Notes: a model not told the origin generated them from the sequence alone. A stretch of DNA of 62,986 nucleotides, filler included, from Reticulomyxa filosa (GCA_000512085.1; 17 parts of 17 records of this genome joined end to end with filler, not necessarily neighbours in it), one strand, 5' to 3'; counted from the first letter of the whole stretch, positions 1 to 13,860 are shown. Made by a program: numbers and translations.

Positions 1-40
1 TATGTTATAACATACAATCATAAGTAAACGTATTTTGTAG

Positions 41-1101
41 GAGATACGTCATTTTATATTCACTCCACTTTATATTGGGAGATTGACGCGTTAAATGTGA
101 CTTACGCCAGGTGTGTGTGTGTGTGTGTGTGTATGTGTTTGTTTTTTGTTTTTTTGTTAAACCCTAAAAAAAAAAATCCGAAAGTTGTTTGATGTTGCGA
201 AATTAGACTGCCCTTGGGACTGACATTAATATTGACTGTTGTGTTTTTGATCATCGGGATCTCTTTTCGCGGCGTGTTTTTGCCAATTCGACTGTTCTTG
301 GCAGTAGTTGTTCCCGTACTGTTTGTGTACGGCACTTGCGTATGTGTATTTCAATACGGGTGGTTTGACTTCTTACATTGGAGTTCATTGGGTAAGTCCG
401 CCGATGGAATTTATTGGATGCTCCCGGTTATGACTGTTACCATTGTGACAGGTTTGCTTGTTGTTTGTATCCTAATTGGCCCGTTGAAAAAAAATAAATT
501 AGTTTTCTATCAATCATATAAAATCGATACAACTTAGAAAAAAAAAAAAAAAAGGCCTTGCATTGGATTATGAAATATTTTTATATTCGCGCGTGTTTGA
601 ATACCGTAGCAAGAAATTCGATGGAAGAAGTTCTATATTATTAGCCGTCAGTAGTACTGGTCCTATCATTTCTGCTGCAGGAACCGTTATGGCAATGGCT
701 TTCTTTGGATTATTACTCGAAGTTAAAGAGCATGCTTTTTTTTTTTTTTATAAAAAAAAAAAAAAATACAATTTTGCTTCTGTCTTGTGATGAGCTTTTT
801 TTGTTTGTGGATTACATAGACCATTCCTGCTGTCAGTCAAATGGGGTATGTTTTTGTATTTGGGGTATTAGTTGATACATTTGTTATTCGTCCGTTGCTT
901 ACTCCTTCCATTCTCTCCTTAGTCGATTGGCTGAATTGGTGGCCGACTAAAATGCCAACTGAAAATTTAAGAAAAATTCCGCTTCACACGAATATGAATA
1001 ATGATGATTCCAGCGTTTGGATTTCTGGTGATGATGCAACTGAAGAGCAAAAGGGAAATGCTTCCTTTACTTTTCGTGGAGCTGCTGCTGCATCTGGGTA
1101 A
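41..1101 (+). CDS. MMPL-family (RND superfamily) membrane transporter, 3' part; exons about 41-110, 207-451, 555-721, 820-1101
   Basis: Spliced product reads ...GIYWMLPVMTVTIVTG|LALDYEIFLYSRVFE...AVSSTGPIISAAGTVMAMAF...|...GVLVDTFVIRPLLTPSILSLVDWLNWWP, matching the MMPL C-terminal motifs GLxxDYxIFLxSR, TGxxIxxAG, GVLxDxFxIR and NWWP. GT-AG introns keep the frame. Confidence 0.85.
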
Positions 1102-1650
1102 AAAGTTTCAAAACATTATTGCCTATCTATAATCTTGGTGCACAATTTTTTTATTTTGTTTTGTTTTTTTCTTTTTTTTGGTCGCTGCGTGGAACGTTTG
1201 TTGTGTTGTTTAGCCACTATTTTTTTGTGTTTTGCTTGCCATTAAAAGGACTCACAGTCTTTCACAATTAAATTCTTTATTCACAATGTTTTTAATCTTC
1301 CCCTTGTCTCAAAACTCAAGTCACATGTTGGTTGACTCGATAACGTTGTTGAAGAGCAAATTACTCACATATTCCCTAAAAATAGTTTATCAAACCGTTT
1401 GAACAAAATTAAAAAATTGTTATCTATTCAAAAAAATGTAGATAACAAATTTTCAGAAAAGAAAAATTTGAAATAAAAAAACACAAGTCTCCAAATTGTT
1501 TTTAAAAAGCGCATACTCAAGACAAAGACACGACAGAAATGGACATGGATNNNNNNNNNNNNNNNNNNNNNNNNNNNNNNNNNNNNNNNNNNNNTTAATT
1601 AATTAANNNNNNNNNNNNNNNNNNNNNNNNNNNNNNNNNNNNNNNNNNNN

Positions 1651-4208
1651 ACGACGACGACGACGACGACGAGCGAGGTAACGGTGTTCAATCAAGATCC
1701 AAAGCGCTATTACGATGCCATTCGCTTCGTCCGAGACACGAGCTTAGAGCAGTTTCGTTGGATGATCGAAAGCAATCCCACCAAAATATCCGCCAAGTTG
1801 CTTCAAAAGTTTGATCAGCTGCTTGCTAATGTCAACGAAACCGATCCCTTCCCTCACAAGCATAGGACAAGTGTTCACTCCACTCCAAATCCCGTGCCTC
1901 CGTTTTCCGATGATCAAGTCCATGAAAGTGCAGACGATCTCGACGATTCAGTTTTTTTTTTTATCCTCTGCATTTATACGTATATATATATATATATATA
2001 AATATATATGTACATGTACATATATACGCATATGTATATTAGTACGTTGGTTAATGTATGTATATGTATATATGTATATATGTATATATTGCATATGTGC
2101 ATATTGTGCAGTCGGCAAGTGACGTTGCGGACAATATCCAAAGACTGACCCGTCGACAACGACACAAGCGTAGACAAGTAAAACAAAGATTGACACCAAG
2201 ATCGAGATCGCTTAGCAATTGTCCGGTGAGGTGGAAACGTGGCAGAGTGTTTGTCCGGTTGGAAAGCGGCGCGGAGAGGATTGCCATTCCCAATTTATGT
2301 GACAATGACGACTTTGACAACAGCAAAAAAATAGTAACCGACGCAAGTACAAATACGAATAACATTGTCAGTACAAATGGCAAAGCACGAGTGGTATCCT
2401 ATCCGCGAATGATTCGGACGATTGGCGAATTAACACAGATAATATACGAAGAGACCAAGAAAGCCAATGCAACGCACCATCAGACAGAGACATCGAGCAC
2501 AGCCGCGGCGGCCGCATATTGTCGACAGGCCAAAGAGCGGCTCATTTCGCTATACGAGTTCTGCTTGGTCACTCACAGCAAACACGATCGGGCCAACTTC
2601 ACCGCCGAATATAAACAGTACGAAGACGCTTTGGACATTATCGAATCCACCAAACTCTTTGTTAAAATTAACAAAAGACGATTTTACGAATTTTTAAAAT
2701 TTTAGGTTTTTGTTTTTTTTTTTTTTGTATTGTGTGTTCGAACAAGCAAACAAAATTCATCAAATTATTTCATCCGTATACGTATCAAATACCCTTTTGA
2801 AGAAAGGAAAAGGCAGCACAACAGCGACAACAGAATATAGCAAGCACACCAAAGAGAACGAGCCTTACTTGGAGTAACGAGCCAATAAAGAAAAGAGCCA
2901 CTCTCAAAAATGGACACGAAGTCCAGTGGCCTACTGCAAGCACGCCGCATTCGAGTGCAAGTGACTCGCACATGCCCGGCACGCACGCTGTGATGCCTCC
3001 TACTTACGTTGGGAAGAAGCCTGTGAGCAACGCTAACCTTTCGCGCATGTTTGTTCCCCCCTTGCCCATGGGACTCAATATGTTCCGCGGCCAACAGCAA
3101 TTGGTAACTGCCGAACAAACGTATCATCAACAATTGCAAAATATGTGCTGGCAAAATGTCATTCATAACCGATCGCGATTGAAAGCTCCTTACTCTGGCC
3201 TTGCGTCGCAACAGCCGGCCTTAGGCCACTGTCTTGACATGCCTGCCTCCATCTTGGACCAGACCGGATCACTCTATCCTACACAACTGGCTCCAAACTC
3301 GAGTTTCCTGCCACCACCACCACCACCGCTTCCGTTGGATAATACCACGCTACCCAACTTGGTGTCGGATCCATCGCAATCCCTCCATCATGATCGGCAA
3401 AAACGTTTTGACATGCAAATGAATGGCTTGCTCCCACCAAAATGTACAGTATCTGCTGTAAATGCAAATGTATGCGCAAATGCATGCGCAAATGCCAACA
3501 CAGAGGCTATTCAAAAATTGATAGCACAAACGCAAGACAAAAATAAGAGGTACTCTATTCCACAGATTAACACCGTGCATTTCAATGAAATCCATGATTT
3601 CCAAAAGTTATGCAATGTACTTATGTTGGCATGCATTTCGCTCATATTGCATTGCATTTTTTTTTTTTTTTTTTTTTGAATGTGTTCAATGATAGGATGC
3701 GAATACAAAACCCAATTTTAACTCCAAACAATCACTTGGCCCCATCGAACCACTATCGCAAACAGGATACATGCAATAACCTTTATCTTCACGCGGCCAA
3801 TGCAGGTCAGTAAAGTATTGTCTGTTTTTTTTTATTTATTGCATTAACACTCTCCGCTTTTTCGCGACAGCAAAAAATACAGATGCATTCGGCACTTTTT
3901 TCATCGATAAAGGAGAAGCTGGTAAAAAACGCAATTATAATCACCTTCTCTCTGAAGAAATTAACACAATGGGGCTCAATACTGTTGCCACTGCCGTTCA
4001 TGGAACCGTCTCAAATGTGAGAGTTGACAATGCTTATACATGGCATTCAGAGAATGGTATTCTTTGTGCATTTTCTTTTTTTTGCAATAAGTTTGGAGTG
4101 AGTTTGTTTATATAAAAAAAAAACACAGAATTTTCTATGGATTTAATGCGGAAGAAGAGACGGATGATGAATTCCATCAATGCCATTACTGAAAAAGTAC
4201 ATTATTAA
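1651..4208 (+). CDS. Hypothetical multi-exon protein (5' truncated) with Q/P-rich disordered C-terminal half; exons about 1651-1950, 2112-2660, 2803-3607, 3695-3805, 3871-4056, 4129-4208
   Basis: ORFs 1684-2001, 2058-2705 and 2972-3679 can be joined through plausible GT-AG introns, one of them a (TA)n-rich intron at about 1951-2111. No family recognised. Confidence 0.5.
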
Positions 4209-4982
4209 CAATCTACAATGTATACAAGAAATCAACAAGATTAACTGAGCTTGTCTTTTTTTTCCCCCGTCGCGCTCCAAAAATAAAACAAAAAATAACA
4301 AATAGTCAAGTGATAGTCAAGGTAGCTCCCTACCTTTCCCTTTGTCAATCTATGAGTTCGTATGTGAATTGAAAAAACCCTTTTGAATTTATTGCCAAAA
4401 GGAAATCCTTTTCTTGGCAAACTAAATTGGAACAATGCAATATCCATAAGTCTTTAGCTTCCTTCATTTTGTGAAAAAAAGTACTTCTCCAATTCAAATT
4501 CACCCAGCACTTTTTGTTTTATCTGTTTGCGGTCTGGAGCAAAACTCTTCATCAATTACTTTAAGTCGCATGTTCTTTTATTTTTTTAAGAAAACAATAT
4601 TCAGACTTATTAGCAATTATGGACAATGATTTGTTCATTATAGTTGGTGACAACGCTTTAGACAAATTAGCTTTGAACTTTGGGACTATCTGATTTTTCT
4701 TGCATATTTTATTTGATCTATTTATGTATTTTTCAATTTTTCTGAGAGTGAAAGGGAGGAAAAAATGTCTTGACGAATATATAAAAACACTAGTGATATG
4801 TCTCTTCCTCAACGCGGAATAGAAAAAAAAATAACTTCTTACAATATAACAATTATCAAAAAATAGTGTAACAAAAAACGGGTTTATATTTGCAAACTCC
4901 ACGAACCTATTAAAGACGTCGGAAAAAAAGAGAGTGCTTATAGCATTATTATCAAAATTGTCGAACATAGTTTTTCCAACGG

Positions 4983-5810
4983 TCACACGATATCCACAAC
5001 ATCATTTGGATACTGTGGCATTGAAATATGTCCAAATAGTAACCCAATGTAACATTTGACAATCCAGTGACATGACTTGAATATCCCAAATTGCTGGAAT
5101 CTCCTTGTTGCAGCCACAGATGGTCGATATTTGTTGACATATTCAATTTTGCTGAGATTTATCATTTTTTTGTGCAGCAAATCATTCCAAACAATTGCTA
5201 CATGCCATAAACACAACAGCAAACTGACCATCAGCCCAATCCATATATAGCTGCAAAAAAATACCAATACCAGCAAAAAACAAATGCATAATTGCACATT
5301 GAAAAAATAATAGCGAATGTTAATGCTATTGCTTCGATATTTTTTGATGACAAAACATTCAATACACATTAACATTACACCAAAAAATACACTCAATACA
5401 ATATTGTAAATCGAGTATTTTATCTCCTTGCCATATTTTTCATTGTTGTTACCATTGCCATTATTGCCATTGTTGCCGTGAATATCAAGTATAAAAATTT
5501 TGTTGAAAAATTGAGTGGAGTTATTTTGAAATCCTAAACCATAACCGATAGCAGCAATCAAACCAAACAAAAAAATCACCATCAATGACAACCGAACAAA
5601 TTCTACACAACATTTCTTACATTGCTGACATTTGGTGACAGTATTATGTGCATCATTCTCGTTAAATGCTAGCGATGCTATCCACGCCCCTAGCCAACAC
5701 ACTAACCCAGTTGGGAGAATATAGATTTCCCAACCATGATCTCGTGTCAATTCCTCTGGTAGAATGAGGAATACAAAAAACGTTAGCATTACGATATACC
5801 TTTGTTTCAA
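4983..5810 (-). CDS. Hypothetical multi-pass membrane protein (may continue into 4561-4986 and join 5920-6970)
   Basis: 275-aa ORF with about 6 hydrophobic segments and an Asn/Gly-rich loop; no family recognised. Confidence 0.45.
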   Translation of the reverse strand: MKQRYIVMLTFFVFLILPEELTRDHGWEIYILPTGLVCWLGAWIASLAFNENDAHNTVTKCQQCKKCCVEFVRLSLMVIFLFGLIAAIGYGLGFQNNSTQFFNKIFILDIHGNNGNNGNGNNNEKYGKEIKYSIYNIVLSVFFGVMLMCIECFVIKKYRSNSINIRYYFFNVQLCICFLLVLVFFCSYIWIGLMVSLLLCLWHVAIVWNDLLHKKMINLSKIEYVNKYRPSVAATRRFQQFGIFKSCHWIVKCYIGLLFGHISMPQYPNDVVDIV

Positions 5811-5919
5811 TTTTTTGGTACATCATTTCCCACAAATATTCATTTTTTTTTTACTGCCCCTTTTTTCCTTGTACAACACTTATTTTAAAAATCAGTGGGA
5901 TGTACAAGGATGATCTTAT

Positions 5920-6970
5920 CTAAAAATTTGCATTGAATTCATTTGATCTAAAGACAATATTGTTTTCGTTCGTTAACTTAAATCCTAGCAAAAAAAACCA
6001 TCGCCACGAAATTTCAACACACTCTTTAAAAGGGAATTGCAGGCATGTTAGTACAGGTACAAATAGTTCACCGCAATTATCTTCACGAAAACATAAAGCA
6101 TGTTTTAATTTTGACAGCGGGAGGCATTTTGTTAAGGCAAGTCGATATTGATAGACACAATAGCTCATGTGCAAAAATGACAACATAACAGCAAGTAGTA
6201 GAAGATAATACCAATATATCTTATTTTGATACAAATACTGCTTAGAAAAGTAATAAAGTAAGTGATTTGTCGAAGGAATAAAATTGATAATCAACAAAAA
6301 ATCCTGCCAGAAACGTAAGTGCCCATGGTAACAAGTGTGGATAAAGAGTGAACTGACTGTATACGTAATTCTTCAACTCGGTGCGAACGCAAAATTCGGC
6401 CATGTCAGTATCCAGTTCAAAAGACGTGATTAAACGATACAGATCATTTGGTAAAAAGGAGTCACTTGTATCGATGGGAGGTTGGCATATATGCGCTTGT
6501 ATAACTTTCTCATTTCCAAGAAGTGAAGTTTGAATAGTATCTGTATTTATGAAGGAACATTTTGAAGCTAGGGGCATAATACAACAACCACAACTTGTGT
6601 TATGTGGAGTATGATTTGATCCCTCTTTCAATATTGCAAAAGGGGTATATTGCCGTTCGAATAAAAACGATTCAAAAACGCTTTCGATTTGGGATACACG
6701 ATGTTTTTGTACGTAATGGAGTAACATATCCAAACATTGCTTATCCGTGCTCCAATTCGTTATTCGTGATAGTACATTGTCTAACATGAATGTCTCAACA
6801 CAAGGATTGATATTGCTGCTGTTGGTTCTCTTTGCACACAACCAGCTGTCTCTCTGTTTAAAATTAGCAAAATTGTGTAATGACAAATAAATATGAACAT
6901 CAAGGAAATAATTTGCTTTAGAGCTGAAATACTCTTTTAATTGAAAATAAATGTATCCGTGTTGATTCAA
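5920..6970 (-). CDS. Hypothetical protein in two overlapping frames (6242-6970 and 5920-6297) with a hydrophobic C-terminal part
   Basis: A 242-aa ORF is long for AT-rich DNA. The overlapping downstream frame suggests an intron or frameshift. Confidence 0.35.
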
Positions 6971-7682
6971 GTCTCAAAAAAATAAAATGAAGAAAAAACC
7001 TTTGCCTGCTCTTCGTGTCTGTACAACGAAAGGTTTGGCGTGGCTCTTATCTTTTGTTGGCACTCTGATGATCGCATCATACTACGCGAATGTCAATCAA
7101 AAGGCTTGTATCTATGTGTGGATACCGGCCGCTGTTGTTGCAGCACTCAAAAAAAAAAGGATGACCAAAGTCTTTTCATTCAAGAAAAATTAAGCAGTAA
7201 AAACATGAACAATCTATTTTCCTTTAAATTAACACTGTTGTGTTATTTTTTAATCATTTGTTGCAAGTATAATGTAATCCGGTTTGACACTAAGTAATAA
7301 ATTATTACATAATTAAAGTTACAATTGTTTTTTTAGTATAACCTTTTTTTTATTGTTAAGCAAAATCCAGATAATATAATTACATAAGTATTACCAAGTC
7401 AGATTATAGAAGTTAATTCACGATCTATATGCGTCTTGACATTTTATATCACATAGAGTCAAACTGCAATAACTGAAAATATTTTAATTTAGCACAGTGA
7501 TTGTCATGATATCTTAAAATTGTTGAAATGAGGCAATAGACTCGCCTTTAATAAAGTTTTAATCTAGTAAAGAGACGAAAGTAACTTACTTTAATTAATT
7601 TTTTTATTTACAACATTAAATTCGTTTACTCTGCCGGTCAAGTGTTCGAACAAAATTTTTGACCTTTGTGTGACTAACAAGA

Positions 7683-8733
7683 ATGGGTAACATCGTCAAT
7701 CAGTTAGCATTTTTACCTCCGACTAATAATGAATGGAGAGCAGAATTGAAAGAAGATGAAAAGCTGAGACAAATAGTGACAAGCTCTGGTAAAAAAATAG
7801 CAGCCCTGTGGTTTGAAGAGAGTGGCAATGATTACACAATACTTTACAGTCATGGTAACGCAGAGGACTTGACCACTTCAAAGCAGTGCTTTGAGCAATT
7901 GGCATTTACGTTATGTGTAAATGTGTTAGCTTATGACTACGAGGGGTACGGATTGTCTGAAGGCGAGCCATCCGAAAAAGGTAACGTGGAGATGTTTGTA
8001 TAAATGTGTATGCGTAAATATTTTTGACATTAAAAAAAAATGGCAGCGACATACGAGGATATTGAAGCGGCATATTGCTGGCTTACAAAAGATAAAGACG
8101 GACCAAAAATATCTCCCTCTAAAATCATACTATTTGGTCGATCACTGGGTTCTGGTCCGACGATTCATTTGGCAGCAAAGGAACAAGAACTCGCAGGTCT
8201 TACAAAAATGCATACGGCCCCTTTTTCTTTTTAAAACAAATTGTACACTTTTTTGATATCAAATATGTATAGGCTTGATTTTACAAAGCCCATTGCGCAC
8301 AGCAATCAAAACTCAAGTGTATCATTGGGTTGCAGGCAGCGTGTTACGTCCAGCAGACATTTTCCACAATGAAAAAAAAATTGTGAATGTGACCCAATGT
8401 CCTGTATTTATCATTCACGGAAAAGCTGATCGTGTGGTACCATTTTCTCATGGAGAATATCTGTACGATCAAATTAAAAAAAATACCAAACACGAAGTAC
8501 GTAGTTACTGGGTGGATGACTGTGGACACAATGATATTGAACTGAACAAAGGAGAAGAGTATGACGCGCAACTGTTGAAATTTGTTGACGAGTGTATTCG
8601 AAATAAATATAAAAAGAATAAAAATCAAAATGATACCGAACTCGAAACTGAAACAATGGCTTATTTTGATGTCAATGACAAAATTGAGGAAAAGATCGAC
8701 AATGAACAACTGACCAATCTTGACGAGGACTAA
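7683..8733 (+). CDS. ABHD17: ABHD17-like alpha/beta hydrolase (protein depalmitoylase family); exons 7683-7980, 8047-8196, 8273-8733
   Basis: MGN...LAFLPP N-terminus, ILYSHGNAEDL, YDYEGYGLSEGEPSE, nucleophile GRSLGSG, IIHGKAD and GHND (Ser-Asp-His triad). Splice junctions restore the frame. Confidence 0.9.
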
Positions 8734-9441
8734 TTGAGTTATGCGATCGGATAACCATAGTGCTTCTTTTTTTTTGCAATATGGCTTTGAGAAAAAAATT
8801 GTTAAATGTTCATACAAGGGGGAAACTTACTCGATTGTTTCAATATGCTAATGCTTGTGGTATTGCATTTGAACAAAAATGAAAATCGGAGTTGAAAAGT
8901 ACAATTTGTCTTCGATCCTAAATCTGAAAGACTCCAAAAAATGTCCAGTTTTTCATTGTGCGTTTATTTACTATTTTTTTCTCCATTTTGTTTTTTTTAT
9001 CAAAATGTACTGCCGTTGTGCAACGATTACTCCTTAAAGGAGAAATAATCAAAATTTGAAGCAAGAAATTTTTAGTACAAAAAATGATTAATGACATTTT
9101 TGTGATAACATCGAGATAACCTAAAAATGAGAAAACGGGAATTTTTTTTATTTGCTTATTTCACCTTGTTTACGTGTAATATTTATACCAAAAAGAAAAC
9201 ACCACACAAGACCCTCTTTCACCAGACTTTTATGTGTTAATGAATGTTAAATCTACCAAGTTGGTTGCTGAAGAAAACGGTGATCCACACAAAAAACACA
9301 AAATTCGGAACGCAACTATTGCATTCCAATGCTTGATACAGCATCCAGTGGAAAGAGGGGGAAAAAAAGAGAATTACTTTATAAATCATGAAAGGTTTTT
9401 TATTCTCTAATTAAATTTTTACACCCGTTAATAAGTTAGTT

Positions 9442-12217
9442 TCACAACTGTGATACGCTGTAGTCGTTTCTCAAAATTCGTCTCATGATTTTGCCAGAAG
9501 CGGTCCTAGGCAACTCTTGCACAACGAACAAATCGTGCACATGGAACAAAGGATTAAGACCTTGAGTGACAAGGACTTGCAATTCTTTTTTAATTTTGTC
9601 CACATCAAATTGATTAGCAACAAATTGAATACGTATTGGAAGACTTGCAGAAGCAAGTACGTCGACAACAGCTTTAAATGGTTTGTTCCAAACAATTTTT
9701 CCATTGATAGCATAAAGCACAGACAACCGCAATTTTTGTTCATTGGCAATATTTGGATCTTCAACTTTGCTAACGATAACTCGACTAACTCCAACATTTT
9801 TGGCTGGCGCAATTTGCAATCCCAAAGGCCTCTTTTCAAAAATCCGACTGAATGTGGCCTCTGTATCTTTTGGAACAGCACAAATGACCAATTTTTCAGC
9901 ATCCACATCTTGTTGTCGATAGGCAACTGCAGCAATCTCTTTACTAAGCAGAGGATGTCTCATGACGACATTTTCGAGTCCAACGCTGCTGACTTTGATA
10001 CCACCCAAATTCATCGTGTCATCTACTCTGCCCAAATGTTGATAGTATCCATTGGGCAACACACGTAACTGGTCTCCATGTCGTCGCAATGTAATCTTCC
10101 CAGCGCCGGTTTGGATCTGATCCATACCAGTGTAGTACACATCCGTATGATTGCGATTCAAAAGCTCCACACTCAATCCGATGGATGGGCCAATGACCAC
10201 ACATTCTCCCTCAACTATGCTTCTGTCTTGCACATTGAAATAATCCCCACTTTTTTCATTGCCAATGCCAATGCCTTGTATGGGTTGGCAATCTTCCATA
10301 TCCAAAAGGATCACATTCAATCCAAAGCATGGACAGCTGAAGCTACTGAGCAATTGTGGTTGCAACATGGTTCCAGACAAGTAACCTCCGGCAATTTCTG
10401 TCCCACCGACGTATTCCATGACGGGGGAATAATGTGCTTGCGACATGACCCAGTGATATAACGTAGGATTGGAAGCTTCCCCAGTGCTGCTGAAGCGGCG
10501 AATGCAGCTCCAATCGCAATGCGAAGTGGCATTGGTGTGCATCCACGATTTGACCATGGAGGGAATGATTCCCAAATGATCAACTTTGCACAGTTCCACA
10601 AATCTGCAAAAGTCAATTGACACAGGCGACCCCACAAACAGAGCAATAGTGGCACCCAATCCCAATTGCGAGATCAGCCAAGGGCCCATCATCCATCCCA
10701 CATTGGTGGGCCATGCCACAGTGTCTCCTTGGCGTATATCTTGATGCAAATACCCATCGCTCAAGCATTTCACAAATGTCGAGTGATGCCATGGGATGCC
10801 CTTGGGTTCTCCTGTCGTTCCCGACGAGTACAGCAGATTGGCACGAGACATGGAAGATACATACACCGCCTCGGCCTTTGTTTCATCCGTATCGCGCAAA
10901 AATTCGCTCCAGCTCATGTCTCCGTCGCGCAATTTCACACACAATGCCGGCTCCTTTTGGTGTTCGCCACTGGCACTTTTGCCAGGCAACACTACACATA
11001 ACGGAGGGTTTGCACGCAACACACGTGTGTACAGTGGGATATCTTTGGCAGTGTGCACAATCACGTCTTGCGTAAAGATCAGTTTGGTATCAGCCATTCG
11101 CAAACGCACTTCAATTGCTTCTGACGCAAAGCTGTCTGCAATACTGACCACCATCATACCAGCCTTGATAATCCCTAAATAAATCGCCACTGATTCCCAC
11201 GTCATTGGCATATCAATTGCAACGGCACTGCCAACTTGCACAACTGATTTCAGTTTATGCGTCAATGCGTACGCAATTCGATTTACTGTCGCTCGCAACT
11301 CTCTCATTGATATTCTATGAATCGGTGGCTGCTTTTCGTTCGCTCGCATCTCGCTTTCGCGCATATACACGATTGCACATCGATCATCACTTCCTTGCAA
11401 TAACGTGTCGCAAATGTTCATCTTCGCTTTCGGGTAATAAATGCTTGATTCCATACCTTTGCTTATGTCTATCACGTTGTCATTCTCATTTCTTTCTTTA
11501 AATTGTATCTTCAACACTTTCGTTATTAACCTCCAAAATTCCTCGCGGTTTTCGTTCGCCCACGAAAATGTGTCCATCACATCTCTATTCATGTCCCAAT
11601 TTTTTTTTCCCCTGTTTATTCTTATTCTTTCTCTCTCTCCCCCCTCCTCTCTCCTTTCTCCTGTTCTTCATATGCAACAAACATTTTTTAAAAAAGTAGT
11701 TGTTTTTTTTTTATGTCACAATTTGCCTTTTTTTCGCGTTCCCTTGCTCCTTTAATCTCCTCTTTCTTACTTATATATTAAGTATTAGCCCTTGTTTTTT
11801 TTTTTTTTTGGTTCTAACTTTTTGTGAGTTTGTTGCATCAATCGATGCAGGTTGGTTTGTTCCTTTTCGCTTTCTGTTGGGGTCCATATATATTTGGGAC
11901 ATTTCGATTTTTGATACGTCTTGTCAAATAAATACTGATGCACTGCAAAAGGAGTTTTTGGTGACAACAACTACAAGTGCAATACACAACACCGTTTTGG
12001 AAGTTTTTTCCTTCTCGTTCTTTGCTGCCACTTCTCTCTTAGAACTGCTTTTAAAAAGGTTCTCAACTGTTTTTGAAATCGTTCGCCATTTAAGAGGAAC
12101 TGCCACTTCCGACTCAAGAACTTTTGACACCTTTGCTGCAAGATCTACTGCTGCTGACTCGTCCAGTCCACATTTTTGCAAATCAGGCACCAAGTCATGT
12201 GATTGAGTCATGATCAC
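9442..12217 (-). CDS. Acyl-activating enzyme / acyl-CoA ligase, plant AAE17/18-like; exons about 12217-12060, 11970-11830, 11611-9442
   Basis: AMP-binding motif LLYSSGTTGEPKGIPW, PTNVGWMMGPW, FSSTGEAS, EYVGGTEIAG, RRHGD, GRVDDTMNLGGIKVSS, and C-terminal LNPLFHV...LPRTASGKIMRRILR. The upstream exon PFAVHQYLF...WTP...TN fits the AAE17/18 N-terminus. Confidence 0.9.
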
Positions 12218-12775
12218 CTATCTAAGTTTTTTCTGATGTTTCGCAAATCCCCTTCTCGCTTGTGTAAAAGGTACACACTGAACTCCAAAGTTGTTTTGTA
12301 CTAGGATAACTTAACACTGTTTTATATTTAAGCATGTGTAGTTTTCAAATTAAAATTGATCAACATTTTTATTGACAAGAAGAAATTAAACCTTATTTTA
12401 ATTTTTATTGAAACAAACCCAAGTAAATTTCAACAAAGCAAATTGTCATAGTCAAGTAACTAAATAAAACAATAAATGTGAAACTAAGAAATTTGAAATA
12501 AATGCACAATATCATATCTTTCTCTGCTATTAATTTTTTATGATATTTTTGAAAATTTGTTAGCCGTTTAAAAGTCCTTTAAAACAAGTTAATCATGCAC
12601 TAAAAGTTTATTTATTGCGCTACTATGATGAAATACAATGTTTTAAATACTTTTGCAAGCCATTTCGTGTGGCTTTACTGATTTGATGTCAGACTGAATT
12701 CGGTTGTCCCTAGTTTGTGAGTTTAGTTGCTTTTATTACAATCCATTTTTATTTGCTTCCAAGTCTATTGCAGTC

Positions 12776-13860
12776 ATGGACTTAAATGCTGATTACACGA
12801 AACGCACAACGTATGAATTAAAGTCGTCTATAAAGAATAAATGATTATTAACGCCTTGTTCGTGTGTTTTTTTTTTAACTAGTTCACCAATCGTCACTGG
12901 GACAAGTGTTTGTGCTATCCGAACGCGAAATTTTGTTGTTATGGCAGCAGATACCTTAGGTAACAAATAATTTTTGTAATAAAATGACTTAAAAAAAAAA
13001 AAAATAAGAACTTTATTGGTTTGGGGGTTGTAAATAAAAAAAGGCTCTTATGGTTCTCTTGCTCGATTCCATAATATACATCGTATCAAACAAGTTGGTG
13101 ACTACACTATAATCGGTGCAGGTGGAGAGATGTCAGATTTTCAAACAGTGATAGAGACCCTGACCGATTTAGAGTTAAAACTAGTTGTATTTTACGAAAA
13201 AAATCGTGCGTGGGAGGAAAAAGAGAAAAAAATAAAACGATTCGACATTAAAATAGAACTGAAAATTTTTGTGAAAATGATGGAATCGCCTTGCGTGCGC
13301 CAGACATTCACAGCTACTTGACTCGTATTTGTTACAATCGCCGCAGTCGAATGGACCCACTTTATAATCAATTTGTGATTGCTGGTGTTGTTCAATCGAA
13401 AGAAGAAGAAGAAAAAAAAGTGGAACAGGATTTTTATTTGGGATACACGGACTTGTATGGCACAACGTTTGTTGATAATTATGTCGCCACTGGAATTGGT
13501 GGACATATTGCCTTGCCATTGTTGAGAAAGTACTATGACGAAAATATGACTATTCAACAAGCCAAAAAGGTTTTAGAGGACGCCATGAGAGTGTTGTATT
13601 ACAGAGACTGCAGGAGTATCAACAAAGTTTAACATCAATTATCTTTTTTCCCCCCAAATACAACGTCATGTTTGATATTTTCCTTTGCCATCCCTTTTTT
13701 TGTATTTTTTTGTGACTAGATAATCTTTGCTAAAGTGACAAGAGAAGGAGGAGTAGAAATCGAAGCACCTGTTTCGCTCGAAACTAATTGGGATATGAGA
13801 GAAATTAATCCAGTGCCTGCTCATTTGAAAGTTGAAAAAGACGAAGAAAAAACAGAATAA
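12776..13860 (+). CDS. PSMB4: 20S proteasome subunit beta type-4 (beta7/PRE4), about 5 exons
   Basis: RTT|SPIVTGTSV...VMAADTLG|SYGSLARF...IIGAGGEMSDFQ, YLTRICYNRRSRMDPLYNQFVIAG, LGYTDLYGT, ATGIGGHIALPLLR, MRVLYYRDCRSINK, ETNWD. Confidence 0.95.

Noticed and set aside
1811-2383. YI/YM-repeat ORFs on both strands
   Set aside because: Translations of a (TA)n/(TATG)n intron microsatellite.
9483-12206. Many overlapping ORFs within the acyl-CoA ligase gene
   Set aside because: Alternative-frame and antisense shadows without motifs.
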